Position numbers and translations under genes: made by a program. From Candidatus Moraniibacteriota bacterium (lineage in GTDB: Bacteria > Patescibacteriota > Minisyncoccia > Moranbacterales > UBA2206): a stretch of DNA of 64,000 nt. The stretch is taken from NCBI GenBank assembly GCA_037137555.1, contig JBAXKA010000001.1, forward strand, positions 1,874 to 65,873, written 5' to 3'. The notes beneath the pieces are model-generated. The model did no database searches. It had not been told where the DNA came from and worked only from the letters and a program-made list of their open reading frames with translations. Each line of letters opens with the position of its first letter. Position 1 is the stretch's first letter. Below are positions 29,936-39,643 of the stretch, piece after piece.

Positions 29936-31204
29936 TTAGATACTCAATAATTTTTGTAACTTATCGCTATTTTTATGCGGACCAATAATAGCTAAATTTA
30001 ATTTTTTGTTTTGAAAAATATCTTTGGCAACTACTAGAATATCCTCAATTTTCACTTGATCAATTCGTGCAAAAATTTCCGCTCTTTTTAAGATTTCTTT
30101 TCGTGCCAATTCTTGACCGATAAAAAACATCGCTACTTCGTCTGAGGCTTCCATGCCCATCACCATTTTGCCTTTAATATAATTCTTAGCTTTTTGCAAT
30201 TCTTTTTCTGTCACTTTTTCCGTGGCCATTTTCTGATATTCAGCCAGAATAGTTTTCAAAGCCAGTGCCAGATTTTTATGTTCCACTCCAGCTTGTGTAG
30301 CGAGATAACCACATTCTTCAAATGATTCCGTGTTTGTTCTGACATAATAGGCCAAGCCTCTTTTTTCTCGCACTTCCATAAATAATCGACTGGACATATT
30401 ACCACCTAAAATAATAGAAAGCAAGGAAAGTGCAAAACGCTTTTCGCTATATAAATCATACGCTCGCACTCCAAGCACAAGTTGCGTTTGATCGGTTTTT
30501 TTAAATTTAATTTTTAGGGCCGGCGTTTTTTGTTTTTCCACGACTTTTTTAATTTCTGGTTTTTTGCCGTCTGACATTTCCTGAAAATATTTTTTAACTT
30601 GCTCAACGATTTTTTTTTCGTCAAACTTCCCTGCCACACAAATTACTGTGTCATTTGCCAAATAAAACCGCTTGAGATATTTCAAAAAATCTGCCCGCTT
30701 AAAATTGTTAATTGTTTTTTTATAACCAATAATATCTCTCCCCAAATTATTTTCCGGATAAAGCAAGTTTTCAAAAACATCACCCACACTACGCATCGGC
30801 ATATCTTCATACATATTCAATTCTTGAATAATTGTTCCTCGTTCTTTTTCTACTTCTGTTTCTTCGATTTTAGAATGCAAATACATATCCGCCACCACAT
30901 CCAGTGCCACATTAATATGATTAGCATCGACTTTTACATAATAACCAGTTGAATCCTTGGAAGTAAACGCATTAAACTCTCCACCAATCGCATCAAGTTC
31001 TTCAGAAATAGCCAAAGCTGTTGGTCGTTTTTCCGTGCCCTTAAAAAACATATGTTCAATAAAATGTGAAAGTCCCGCCTCTTTTTCATTTTCATAGCGA
31101 CTACCAACACCAACCATTGCCACCACCGTTACTGTTTGCGTTTCAGCCATTGGCACTGTGATAATTCGCAGACCATTTTTTAGTTCTAGTTTTTTGTAAT
31201 TCAT
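29936..31204 (-). CDS. M16 family zinc peptidase
   Basis: HFIEH inverted zincin motif, NAFT, SSRLF..VRE..GLAY. Confidence 0.92.
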   Translation of the reverse strand: MNYKKLELKNGLRIITVPMAETQTVTVVAMVGVGSRYENEKEAGLSHFIEHMFFKGTEKRPTALAISEELDAIGGEFNAFTSKDSTGYYVKVDANHINVALDVVADMYLHSKIEETEVEKERGTIIQELNMYEDMPMRSVGDVFENLLYPENNLGRDIIGYKKTINNFKRADFLKYLKRFYLANDTVICVAGKFDEKKIVEQVKKYFQEMSDGKKPEIKKVVEKQKTPALKIKFKKTDQTQLVLGVRAYDLYSEKRFALSLLSIILGGNMSSRLFMEVREKRGLAYYVRTNTESFEECGYLATQAGVEHKNLALALKTILAEYQKMATEKVTEKELQKAKNYIKGKMVMGMEASDEVAMFFIGQELARKEILKRAEIFARIDQVKIEDILVVAKDIFQNKKLNLAIIGPHKNSDKLQKLLSI

Positions 31205-31263
31205 AAGCTGTAATTTTTTTATAATTAAATTTTTTCAATAAACTATTTCATGTATCCGCAAAA

Positions 31264-32025
31264 TTATGCCAAAATCGTATTTATAATTTGCAAAATATCA
31301 TGTTTATGATTAACAGACAAGGTGCCAAACATTTTTAGCATTTCTAAAAAAACCTTGATATTGTTTTTTGTTATTTCAAAATGGGCGATTTCTTTTGTTT
31401 TGGCAGTTCGTCCAATTAAATTGATTTCCGTTTTTAGCTCTGTAATGGGAAAACATAAATATAACATCGGTTGCGTGCCGACTGCATATTGTTTTTCAGT
31501 AATTTTTATCTCGGTAACTATTTCATATCCATTGAATTTGTGAATTAAAAGAGGATATTTGACCTGAGTATACTCAAAATCAAATCCATTTATATTTCTT
31601 GCTACTGGATGACTACGATCAATTTGCAATTCAGAATTATTATCAATTAAATCATTGTTTTGTATCGAATTAAGATAATTAATAACATTCTCTAGATCTT
31701 TTCTAGATATAATACCCCACTTAAAAAAATACCAAATGTATTCCGATAATTCATAAAGTGCTTTAATCTTTCCATTTGCTCCAATAAATTCCGTGTCTGG
31801 CAATGATGATTCTGCAAGCTTTTCAACTTCCTTTTTAACAACATCATAACCGATTTGCCATTCGACATAATTACTCAAAACAAACCCATCGCGTCTAGTT
31901 GCAACTGGCGTTCCATACTCATTTAAAATTGAACGATTTTTAACGCGAATTTTCCCACTAACAGTAGTTAATAAAATTGGCACTTCAATCTTATGTTCTT
32001 GTTCTTTAATTAAAATTTTTGGCAT
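31264..32025 (-). CDS. R.PabI-family (HALFPIPE) restriction DNA glycosylase
   Basis: GKIRVKNR, YVEWQIGYD, YELSE, KQYAVGTQPMLY and C-terminal NHKHDI; adjacent MTase. Confidence 0.78.
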   Translation of the reverse strand: MPKILIKEQEHKIEVPILLTTVSGKIRVKNRSILNEYGTPVATRRDGFVLSNYVEWQIGYDVVKKEVEKLAESSLPDTEFIGANGKIKALYELSEYIWYFFKWGIISRKDLENVINYLNSIQNNDLIDNNSELQIDRSHPVARNINGFDFEYTQVKYPLLIHKFNGYEIVTEIKITEKQYAVGTQPMLYLCFPITELKTEINLIGRTAKTKEIAHFEITKNNIKVFLEMLKMFGTLSVNHKHDILQIINTILA

Positions 32026-33172
32026 ATTTTTCACCTAATTTACTTCCTAATAATTCCCTAAAATAATTATCTATTTTTAGCTTAGCATTAGGAATTTCTC
32101 TAAATTTAAATTTATTTTTTAAAACTGGATTTGTGTGAACACTCTGTGCAATAAAACATTCCTTTATATCATTGAATTTTTCATTATCAATTATTATATC
32201 ACAATTTCCAATAAAATATGGCATTTTATCTGCGTATTGCTTAAAGATATCAATATAACAATAATAGGGAAGTTTTTCCATTAATATATAAACTGTATTA
32301 TAAGTATCAGAATCAATAAAAGTGCGATTGCGCTTAAGTGCGTTTATATCTCTCAATGTCCAAAATTTTGCGACTGGTTTATCGTTTTTATTTAAGTATT
32401 TTTTGTTCGGATATTTTTGAACATAATTAACTATGGTATCAAAATCTTTTAATCGAAAAATACCATCATCTTTTATTTTAAATTTATAATTTTGAATATA
32501 ATCATATGTCATTCCGTCCTGATCCTTTTTATAGAAAGCTACCAAGATAGGAAAGGCCATGCCTCGAGAGGTGCTGGAAAACTCATGACTACTTATAATC
32601 ATTCCGTCAATCAATTTATAATTTCTAGAAAATTTTGAAAGTAACGAAAAATTCGCTTTTTTAATAAGATATGACAACGGATGCAAAACACAAACATAAT
32701 CCGCTCGAAGCTTATTATAAGACAGTAAAAATGACATTCCCAAATCGCGAGTCTTTATATCAAAATCAGTTTTATCTTGAAGTGAACCATCTTTTATGGA
32801 ATTACGGATTATAGACATAGTATCATTGTATGGCGGATTACCAATAACTATAAGTTTTTCATCATTTTCAATTGTTAGATTTTTACGGCAAACATTCAAG
32901 AGTGAATTTTGGCAAATATAATCGATAGTATCAATTGTTTTCTTCGCTTCAAAAATAGCATCTTGATCTATATCTGCACCAACCAATCTTTTTGCAATAT
33001 TTTTTTTTACCAAAAATGAACCATACCCGCAAGACGAATCTAGAATTGTAAAATCTTTTATATCCTTAATATTCTTTTGCAAAATAAGATAGGCCAAATC
33101 AACGATAGTCTCTGGCGTATAATAAGAGCCAAGATTGACAGTGTCTATATGATTTAAATGTTTTTGATCCAT
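32006..33172 (-). CDS. N6-adenine DNA methyltransferase (PabI-type partner)
   Basis: LGSYYTP, LDSSCGYG and GNPPYND motifs; overlaps the REase gene. Confidence 0.88.
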   Translation of the reverse strand: MDQKHLNHIDTVNLGSYYTPETIVDLAYLILQKNIKDIKDFTILDSSCGYGSFLVKKNIAKRLVGADIDQDAIFEAKKTIDTIDYICQNSLLNVCRKNLTIENDEKLIVIGNPPYNDTMSIIRNSIKDGSLQDKTDFDIKTRDLGMSFLLSYNKLRADYVCVLHPLSYLIKKANFSLLSKFSRNYKLIDGMIISSHEFSSTSRGMAFPILVAFYKKDQDGMTYDYIQNYKFKIKDDGIFRLKDFDTIVNYVQKYPNKKYLNKNDKPVAKFWTLRDINALKRNRTFIDSDTYNTVYILMEKLPYYCYIDIFKQYADKMPYFIGNCDIIIDNEKFNDIKECFIAQSVHTNPVLKNKFKFREIPNAKLKIDNYFRELLGSKLGEKYAKNFN

Positions 33173-33183
33173 ACTTATAATTT

Positions 33184-34134
33184 TTATTTATTTTTATTCC
33201 GACTATACCGAATCAATCCGGCAAACGGAATTATTTCTAAACCTTTTTTTTCCAGCTCATCCAAAAATAAATTCATGCCGATTGAATCTGATGAAATGTG
33301 TCCGGCAATCACTACATTGATGTGTGCCGCTTCTGCTGCTTTTCTGTGATCTTCACTTTGATGCATGCCAATAATCGTTCCCACTCCAGCATTCGCCATG
33401 GCTTGATAAATTTCCTTTGAACCTTCCGTGCCTCCAGTAATTTCTGAAGCGACAATTTTTCCAGCCCGATTTTTTTTATCTCCGGAAAAAAGCACCGGTC
33501 CCGCTCCTTGCTTTTTAGCTTCTTGATATTCCGGCACTCGTTCCAGAATTTCCAAAACTTCTCCCACATAACGGGGATTTTCTTTTGCAATTTGTTTTGT
33601 GATAAACTGGGCCACTAAATTATCCGCTGGTGTATGAATATTGATTAAATTTATTTTCAAAAGTCGTGCCGCATCTACCGTCACAAAATGATTAACCGGA
33701 TTTAAGCCCCGTGCCACTTCCGAAATTCTTTTGTGAATCATTTTTTCAGCAATATTAACTGGCACGCCAATTTTTTCCATCAAATCAATTTGCAAATCCA
33801 TCACCGCATCCAGACCAGAAAGTGCCAAGCCCACTGGATGATGATTGATTACCAAATCCACACCAAGCTCTCGTGCCAAAATTAAACCGCCGACAGAGAT
33901 GTCGATGCCCGCCAAGATTTTCTTGATTTTTTTTGCACCGTTGTCATTATGAATCCGCGAATCAGCATACGGATTAGTTAGCCTCTCTTTGTCAAAATAT
34001 TTTTGTTCTTCTTTTGGAAGTTTATTATATTCTGTTTTTTTATGTGCCAAATAATCTTCAATTTCTTTTTTAGTACGAAAATCATTTTTAATTCCCAGCT
34101 CAATGGCTAAATTATAGATTTCTTGGATTAGCAT
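33184..34134 (-). CDS. Nif3-like dinuclear metal protein
   Basis: NPYADS, NHHP, IHTPADN and AGHISSD motifs. Confidence 0.8.
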   Translation of the reverse strand: MLIQEIYNLAIELGIKNDFRTKKEIEDYLAHKKTEYNKLPKEEQKYFDKERLTNPYADSRIHNDNGAKKIKKILAGIDISVGGLILARELGVDLVINHHPVGLALSGLDAVMDLQIDLMEKIGVPVNIAEKMIHKRISEVARGLNPVNHFVTVDAARLLKINLINIHTPADNLVAQFITKQIAKENPRYVGEVLEILERVPEYQEAKKQGAGPVLFSGDKKNRAGKIVASEITGGTEGSKEIYQAMANAGVGTIIGMHQSEDHRKAAEAAHINVVIAGHISSDSIGMNLFLDELEKKGLEIIPFAGLIRYSRNKNK

Positions 34135-34204
34135 AATATTTTTTATAAAATTTAACTTCAGCTTAATAGAAATTCTAACATAAACCAAAGAACAAAGCAA
34201 AATT

Positions 34205-34240
34205 AAAAAAGAGCAGGCAATCAGCCCACTCTTTTTTGTT
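34205..34240 (-). terminator. Terminator family copy 1 (also at ~35150-35185 and ~37991-38025)
   Basis: AAAGAGTGGG..CCTGCTCTTTTTT on minus strand; three related copies. Confidence 0.7.
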
Positions 34241-34243
34241 TTT

Positions 34244-34675
34244 TTATTTTTTAGTTACAAATTCTAAAATATAATGGCAATACTGATTATAGTCACGGAG
34301 ACAATCGCCGATTGAATGATACACTTTTTCTTTATCCACATTATCATATTCATGAACTAACACATTTCTCGTTCCCGCACTTTTGGCAATTTCTTTGGCA
34401 AAATCATAAGGATAAACTTTTAATTCAGCTAAGATTAAAAAAGTCTCCGTATAGGCCAATGGAGTTCTGGATGTCTTTTCTGCCAATTCATAAACAATGT
34501 GCTGATTAATATCAATCGCACGATTAACTATTCTTTCTAGAAATCTCTCGACTGCCGCCAATTTCACTGGGTCACTAGCCACTTCATCAAATGAATATCT
34601 GGCAAACGGCAATAGATTTTGCAATTCGTCTTCAATTAGTGTTATTTTTCTTTGAATAAAAGTTTTATTTATCAT
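34244..34675 (-). CDS. HEPN (DUF86/HepT-like) RNase toxin
   Basis: RNVLVHEY (R-X4-H) motif. Confidence 0.88.
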   Translation of the reverse strand: MINKTFIQRKITLIEDELQNLLPFARYSFDEVASDPVKLAAVERFLERIVNRAIDINQHIVYELAEKTSRTPLAYTETFLILAELKVYPYDFAKEIAKSAGTRNVLVHEYDNVDKEKVYHSIGDCLRDYNQYCHYILEFVTKK

Positions 34676-34681
34676 AATGAG

Positions 34682-35110
34682 TTAGGCTTGAAGTGCTTGA
34701 TTTATTATCATATATTTCCTTTGAGACATTTTCGCTTCAAAATCAAAAAGTGGTTTCGCATCAACAAAATAGCGATAGGATCGCGCACGCAATTCATCAA
34801 ATTCATTGCGCTCGCCATAAAGCATTTTTCCTTGGAATAAGACCTCGTACGCCAATAATGGATTGGCCTTGTTCAAATTCGTCAAATCAATTAAGCCATC
34901 TGAAACATTCAATACGCGAGATAAAAAAGATAACACGGCACTATAGTTATCCATGCTTTCCCCAATATTTTTCTCTTCTGAAGTTAAGATAGCAATATCA
35001 TAATCACTATTTTCTTGCGCTTTTCCGCTGGCACGCGAACCAAAAAGAATGACCATTTTTATGCCCAATTCTGATGCCTCTTTCTTAAATTTTTTATTAT
35101 CAATTTCCAT
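34682..35110 (-). CDS. MNT (MntA-like) nucleotidyltransferase antitoxin
   Basis: LFGSRASG....SDYDIA; start at MEIDNK. Confidence 0.88.
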   Translation of the reverse strand: MEIDNKKFKKEASELGIKMVILFGSRASGKAQENSDYDIAILTSEEKNIGESMDNYSAVLSFLSRVLNVSDGLIDLTNLNKANPLLAYEVLFQGKMLYGERNEFDELRARSYRYFVDAKPLFDFEAKMSQRKYMIINQALQA

Positions 35111-35154
35111 ATTTCCAATATACCATATATCCAAAAAAAACACAAAAACAAAAA
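35104..35154. repeat. 51-bp direct repeat, copy 1 (MNT promoter plus ATG)
   Basis: Identical to 38851-38901. Confidence 0.92.
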
Positions 35155-35225
35155 AGAGCAAGCAAATCACCCAATCTTCTTGTTTTATTTTTCTTCTTTG
35201 ATTGTCGGTGGTGCATTACCAATCA

Positions 35226-36365
35226 TTAAGCCACAAAATCATGATAATTATCGCGATTTATTATCGTAAATTCTGATTGCGGATAGCTCTCCATAAATTT
35301 CTTCGGATAAGGCGCATGTGTTTTTTTCCACTTGAATTCATAGGCATGATATTTTCCACCACTATCTTCGATATAATCAATCTCACTACCAGTATAGGCT
35401 CGCCAAAAATAACTCGTCGCTATTACTTCTTGATATTTTATTTTCTTCATCCTTTCGACTACTAATAAATTCTCAAACAGTGCGCCTTGATCATTGCGAT
35501 CATTCATTGCATTAAGGTTATCAATGAGAATATTTCTAATACCAAGATCATAAAAATATATTTTATCCTTTTTGGTGATTTCTTTGCGTGGATTTTTTGA
35601 CAAGGCTGACAGGCGAAAAATAACAAAAGACTTTTCCAATAAATCAACATACCTGTTCACCGTCTCACTGCTCAGCTCCAGACTATCGGCCAATTCATTA
35701 ATAGAAACTTCCTGTCCGATCTGAAAGGCCAGCAACTTCAGCAATTTATATATTTTATCAGATTTCTTAATCGATTCCAGTTCCAAAATATCCTTATAGA
35801 GATACGAGGTAGCAATTTCTTCTAAAAGTTTCTTTTTATTTTTCAAATTCTCCATAGTGAAAACTTCCGGATATGCTCCATGAATTAAAAAATTATCGAG
35901 ATAGCCACCGAGTTCAAATTCATTATGATAACTGGATAATTCCAAAAATGATAATGGATAGAGAGTATATGTCCAAACTCTGCCAGTTAGTGGTTCTTTT
36001 ATTTTATTTGCCAATTCAAAGGAAGATGAGCCAGTCACAATTATTTTCAAATCCTTCATTCCATCAGCCAAAATTTTCAAATTAATTCCAATATTTTCAA
36101 TCCTTTGCGCCTCATCAATAAATAACAATTCGTAACCGCTTACAAGTGATTTCAGTCTAGAAAGATCACGACTACTCAACACATCGTGGTATTTTTTCTC
36201 ATCAGCATTGATTTTTAGGGTTTTCAAATTAAGCCTGCTAATTATTTGATTCACTAGCGTCGTTTTTCCCACCTGCCTGGCGCCATAAACAATCACAATT
36301 TTATTGCTTTGAGTTAATTTGCCTATTATTGGCTCCAAAATGGCTCTTTCAATTATTTCAACCAT
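35226..36365 (-). CDS. AAA+ ATPase (AAA_14) with DUF4143 domain
   Basis: GARQVGKTT, IDEAQ, TGSSS, KIYFYDLG and EIDY..YEFK motifs. Confidence 0.9.
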   Translation of the reverse strand: MVEIIERAILEPIIGKLTQSNKIVIVYGARQVGKTTLVNQIISRLNLKTLKINADEKKYHDVLSSRDLSRLKSLVSGYELLFIDEAQRIENIGINLKILADGMKDLKIIVTGSSSFELANKIKEPLTGRVWTYTLYPLSFLELSSYHNEFELGGYLDNFLIHGAYPEVFTMENLKNKKKLLEEIATSYLYKDILELESIKKSDKIYKLLKLLAFQIGQEVSINELADSLELSSETVNRYVDLLEKSFVIFRLSALSKNPRKEITKKDKIYFYDLGIRNILIDNLNAMNDRNDQGALFENLLVVERMKKIKYQEVIATSYFWRAYTGSEIDYIEDSGGKYHAYEFKWKKTHAPYPKKFMESYPQSEFTIINRDNYHDFVA

Positions 36366-36580
36366 AAATATTAGCGTTAATTTTTAAGGCTAATATTAAA
36401 TATTAGCGTTAATATGATTATATTACCTAACCGCTTTTCTGTCAAATTTTCGCTAAAAATGGATGAATTATAGCCTGATTTTTTAGCACAAAAAAAGAAT
36501 CCACGCCGAGGCGGGATTCTTTTTTTTATTTTTTACTGAATTTGATAAAAGGTACTTGACCCCTTTTTTCTTTATCACTT

Positions 36581-37891
36581 TTATTGCAGTAACCAACGCC
36601 AAACAGGCATAACAACGATCTCTCCACTTTCCATTCCAACTGAATCTTCCTCGCTTTCAGTTAGAATTAATGCTTTTTTCAGACCTAGCTCGCGCATAGC
36701 CGATACCGTGGCATTAATTTCTCGCTCGCGAGTTTCAAATTTTTCTAGCGATACGCAAACTTGAATTATGGCTTCTATTTTCTGTTTTTTTCTGATCAAA
36801 AAATCAACTTCGAGATTATTTTTTGTTTTATAATAATATACTTCTTCCTCTTTTTTTAATAAGTGCAAAAAAACCAAGTTTTCCAACAATTTTCCACGAT
36901 CTTCATTAAAGCTAAAACTTATAGCATTACGCAATCCCAAATCTGACGCATACACTTTGCGCGGATTAACAGCCTGCTCCTTCAAAGAATAGGCAAATTT
37001 TGGCAGGAAATAAAGCAGGAAAGGCGTTGTCAAATATTCGGAAAAACGCTCGACTGTTGAAAGGGGGATTTTTAAAAAATCCTTCACTTTATTGTAAGAC
37101 ATTAGAGCGGAGATGTTAGTCAAATAAAATTTTGTCAAAATCCTCAATTTCTCAGATTGCCTTATCTTAAACCGACTCAGCAAATCTCTGTTTATAATGT
37201 CCTCGAAATAATTGCGCAGAATCGTGTTTTTATCCTCTGCTGTTTTCAAAAAAACTGTTTTTGGCATACCGCCAAATTTCAAATATTCCCCAAATAGCTC
37301 CTTTATTTTTGCCTTTTGCCTTACAATACTAAGTTGATCAGAAATTTCGATTTTATTAAAAATCAAAAATTCCGCAAAAGTCAACGGATAGATTTTTAAA
37401 GTCAGTTGCCGTCCGGTCAAAACCGTGCTCAACTCAGAATTGAGTAAATGAGAATTGCTTCCGGATACAAAAATCGACGCCACTTTTCTTTCATGTAAAC
37501 TATTCACGAATTTTTCCCAGCCAGGCACATTTTGAATTTCATCCAACAGAATGAGCGGCTTTCCTCCCGGTTTCAAATTTTGCAAATATGTTTCATATAT
37601 CTCACCCAAAAGCTCAGGGGAATATTCGCCCAAGAATCTCGCATCCTCAAAATTGACATACAAAATATCTTGAGGCAAGAATTTTTTTTCTTCCAGCATT
37701 TTTTTGGCAAACTGCAACATCAAAGTTGATTTTCCGCTTCTTCTGATTCCAATAAGCGACACTACTAAGCCAATATTAAAATATCGCTCCATTTTATCAA
37801 CATATTCCTTTCTTTCTATGCCAGTTTCGATCTTTTTTTGCCAAAAATTCCAATCATTGAGAATTTCCAACAACTTTTCATTATTTATCAT
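36581..37891 (-). CDS. AAA+ ATPase (AAA_14) with DUF4143 domain
   Basis: GIRRSGKST, LDEIQ, GGMP, KVYASDLG and EVDF motifs. Confidence 0.9.
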   Translation of the reverse strand: MINNEKLLEILNDWNFWQKKIETGIERKEYVDKMERYFNIGLVVSLIGIRRSGKSTLMLQFAKKMLEEKKFLPQDILYVNFEDARFLGEYSPELLGEIYETYLQNLKPGGKPLILLDEIQNVPGWEKFVNSLHERKVASIFVSGSNSHLLNSELSTVLTGRQLTLKIYPLTFAEFLIFNKIEISDQLSIVRQKAKIKELFGEYLKFGGMPKTVFLKTAEDKNTILRNYFEDIINRDLLSRFKIRQSEKLRILTKFYLTNISALMSYNKVKDFLKIPLSTVERFSEYLTTPFLLYFLPKFAYSLKEQAVNPRKVYASDLGLRNAISFSFNEDRGKLLENLVFLHLLKKEEEVYYYKTKNNLEVDFLIRKKQKIEAIIQVCVSLEKFETREREINATVSAMRELGLKKALILTESEEDSVGMESGEIVVMPVWRWLLQ

Positions 37892-38034
37892 ATATGTGGG
37901 TTAAGATTAGTCTTTTTTAAACTATATGCAGTATAACAAATTCTGTGCTCTTGTCAAATTTTCCCTAAAAATGGCTTCAATAAAGCAAACAAAAAAGAGC
38001 AAGCATTTCACTCACTCTTTTTGTTTTCTTTTTT

Positions 38035-38457
38035 TTATTTTGACTTTAAAAATTCATCAATATAGATTAAATATTCCTCAAATTGCGAAAGTCCATCCTT
38101 CAGATCTTGAATCATTTTTTTATTATCCACTTTATCATATTTATGCACGACCATATTTCTCAATTTAACTGCCTCCGCAATTTTATAGGAAAAATCGACT
38201 GGTATCACTCCCTTCTCGCCAAGAATAATAAAAGTATTGCTATATGTGTCAGGAATACCAAAATTTTCTTCCACAATGATATGTGAGTTTATATCCAGCA
38301 TAGTATCAACAATCAACTGAAAATTTCTTTCAAAAAATCTTAAGTTTTTAACATCACGCAATATATCAAAAACATCCAGATCTTTAATAGACTCAATTTC
38401 GCCAAGATAATTGACGATGGAACCCATTTTAGATCTTATTAAATCATTATTGAGCAT
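38035..38457 (-). CDS. HEPN (DUF86/HepT-like) RNase toxin
   Basis: RNMVVHKY motif. Confidence 0.88.
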   Translation of the reverse strand: MLNNDLIRSKMGSIVNYLGEIESIKDLDVFDILRDVKNLRFFERNFQLIVDTMLDINSHIIVEENFGIPDTYSNTFIILGEKGVIPVDFSYKIAEAVKLRNMVVHKYDKVDNKKMIQDLKDGLSQFEEYLIYIDEFLKSK

Positions 38458-38857
38458 AAACTTTTTTTAATTTTTTAATTTTATTGGTGATTATACTATC
38501 TCGTATTTCAAAAAGTCGTTTAGCTTCAAAATACTCTTGCATAGTATTGACAAAAAAATATTCATATTCATTTTTAGCGTCATACAAAACTTTATTATTT
38601 TTAACAATTTCGTATTGCAACAATGGTCCGACATTTTTCAAATCAACAACATCGGCTTCTTTCTTGACTAATTGAGATAACTCAATGCTTAGACTGTCTT
38701 TTTCCAAATAATCCAACCCTCTCTCGCCAATAAAACCAAAATCGAAATCACTCATCGGGTGAGTTTTTCCACTAACTTGTGAACCAAAAAGAAGCAATAG
38801 CTTTAGGCCGTATTTTTGAGCAAGTTCTTTAATTTTCTTTTCATCAATTTTTTCCAT
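38447..38857 (-). CDS. MNT (MntA-like) nucleotidyltransferase antitoxin
   Basis: LFGSQVSG....SDFDFG; start at MEKIDE. Confidence 0.88.
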   Translation of the reverse strand: MEKIDEKKIKELAQKYGLKLLLLFGSQVSGKTHPMSDFDFGFIGERGLDYLEKDSLSIELSQLVKKEADVVDLKNVGPLLQYEIVKNNKVLYDAKNEYEYFFVNTMQEYFEAKRLFEIRDSIITNKIKKLKKVYAQ

Positions 38858-38901
38858 ATTTCCAATATACCATATATCCAAAAAAAACACAAAAACAAAA
38901 A
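38851..38901. repeat. 51-bp direct repeat, copy 2 (MNT promoter plus ATG)
   Basis: Identical to 35104-35154. Confidence 0.92.
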
Positions 38902-39094
38902 CCAGCACAAAAAAGAAGGGAGGGATTACTCGAAAAAAAAGTAGCTGTAAAAAAAACTAGCAAAAGCAAGAGCCCCACCTAGGCGGGGCTCTTTTCGTTT
39001 TCTTTATCCATAACGGTAACCAAAATACTCAGAGAAAAACAATAAACCGGAAAAAAACCAAAAGAAGCAGGCGATAAAACCTGCTCCTGCAAGA

Positions 39095-39490
39095 TTAACA
39101 TCCTGTAGGAAATGTTGCTCCAGTAGCACTAATTGTCGTTGTGTTACACGCCACTGGTATGCCAACATATCTTGTAGCAGGAGTAACTGTTGGACTAGTA
39201 ACAAAATCTCCATTAACACAAGCACTCGTAAGTGTAACTGACACACCATCAGGAACAGCGATTACTGCAGTTTGCGTTCCGGTTGTTCCATCACAAAACA
39301 TCGTTATAGCAGGAACCATGCTTTGAGTAGAAGCCTTAAATCCAGAAATTTTCGCTTTTGTTCTTGCAGTATTCAAACTAACCAAAACAATCGAAGCTAA
39401 AATTCCGATGATTGCGATTACGATTAAAAGTTCGATTAATGTAAAGCCCTGTCTGCCGTTAGGCATGACTTTTAAATTTTTATTTTTCAT
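39095..39490 (-). CDS. Type IV pilin
   Basis: QG|[17 protein letters not shown] prepilin motif; four Cys in the variable region. Confidence 0.92.
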   Translation of the reverse strand: MKNKNLKVMPNGRQGFTLIELLIVIAIIGILASIVLVSLNTARTKAKISGFKASTQSMVPAITMFCDGTTGTQTAVIAVPDGVSVTLTSACVNGDFVTSPTVTPATRYVGIPVACNTTTISATGATFPTGC

Positions 39491-39643
39491 TTTTTATTCA
39501 CCTGTCTTTCTAGTTAACCTCGCAGTTATTAAAAATAAGTTGCGAAATTTTATTTTTTCTTGCCAAATTTCACTTGATGTGAGTTCTAGCTTCGCCAGAT
39601 TTGGCAAAATTGTTTTCTATATTAAATCTGTTTTTTGTCTTTC

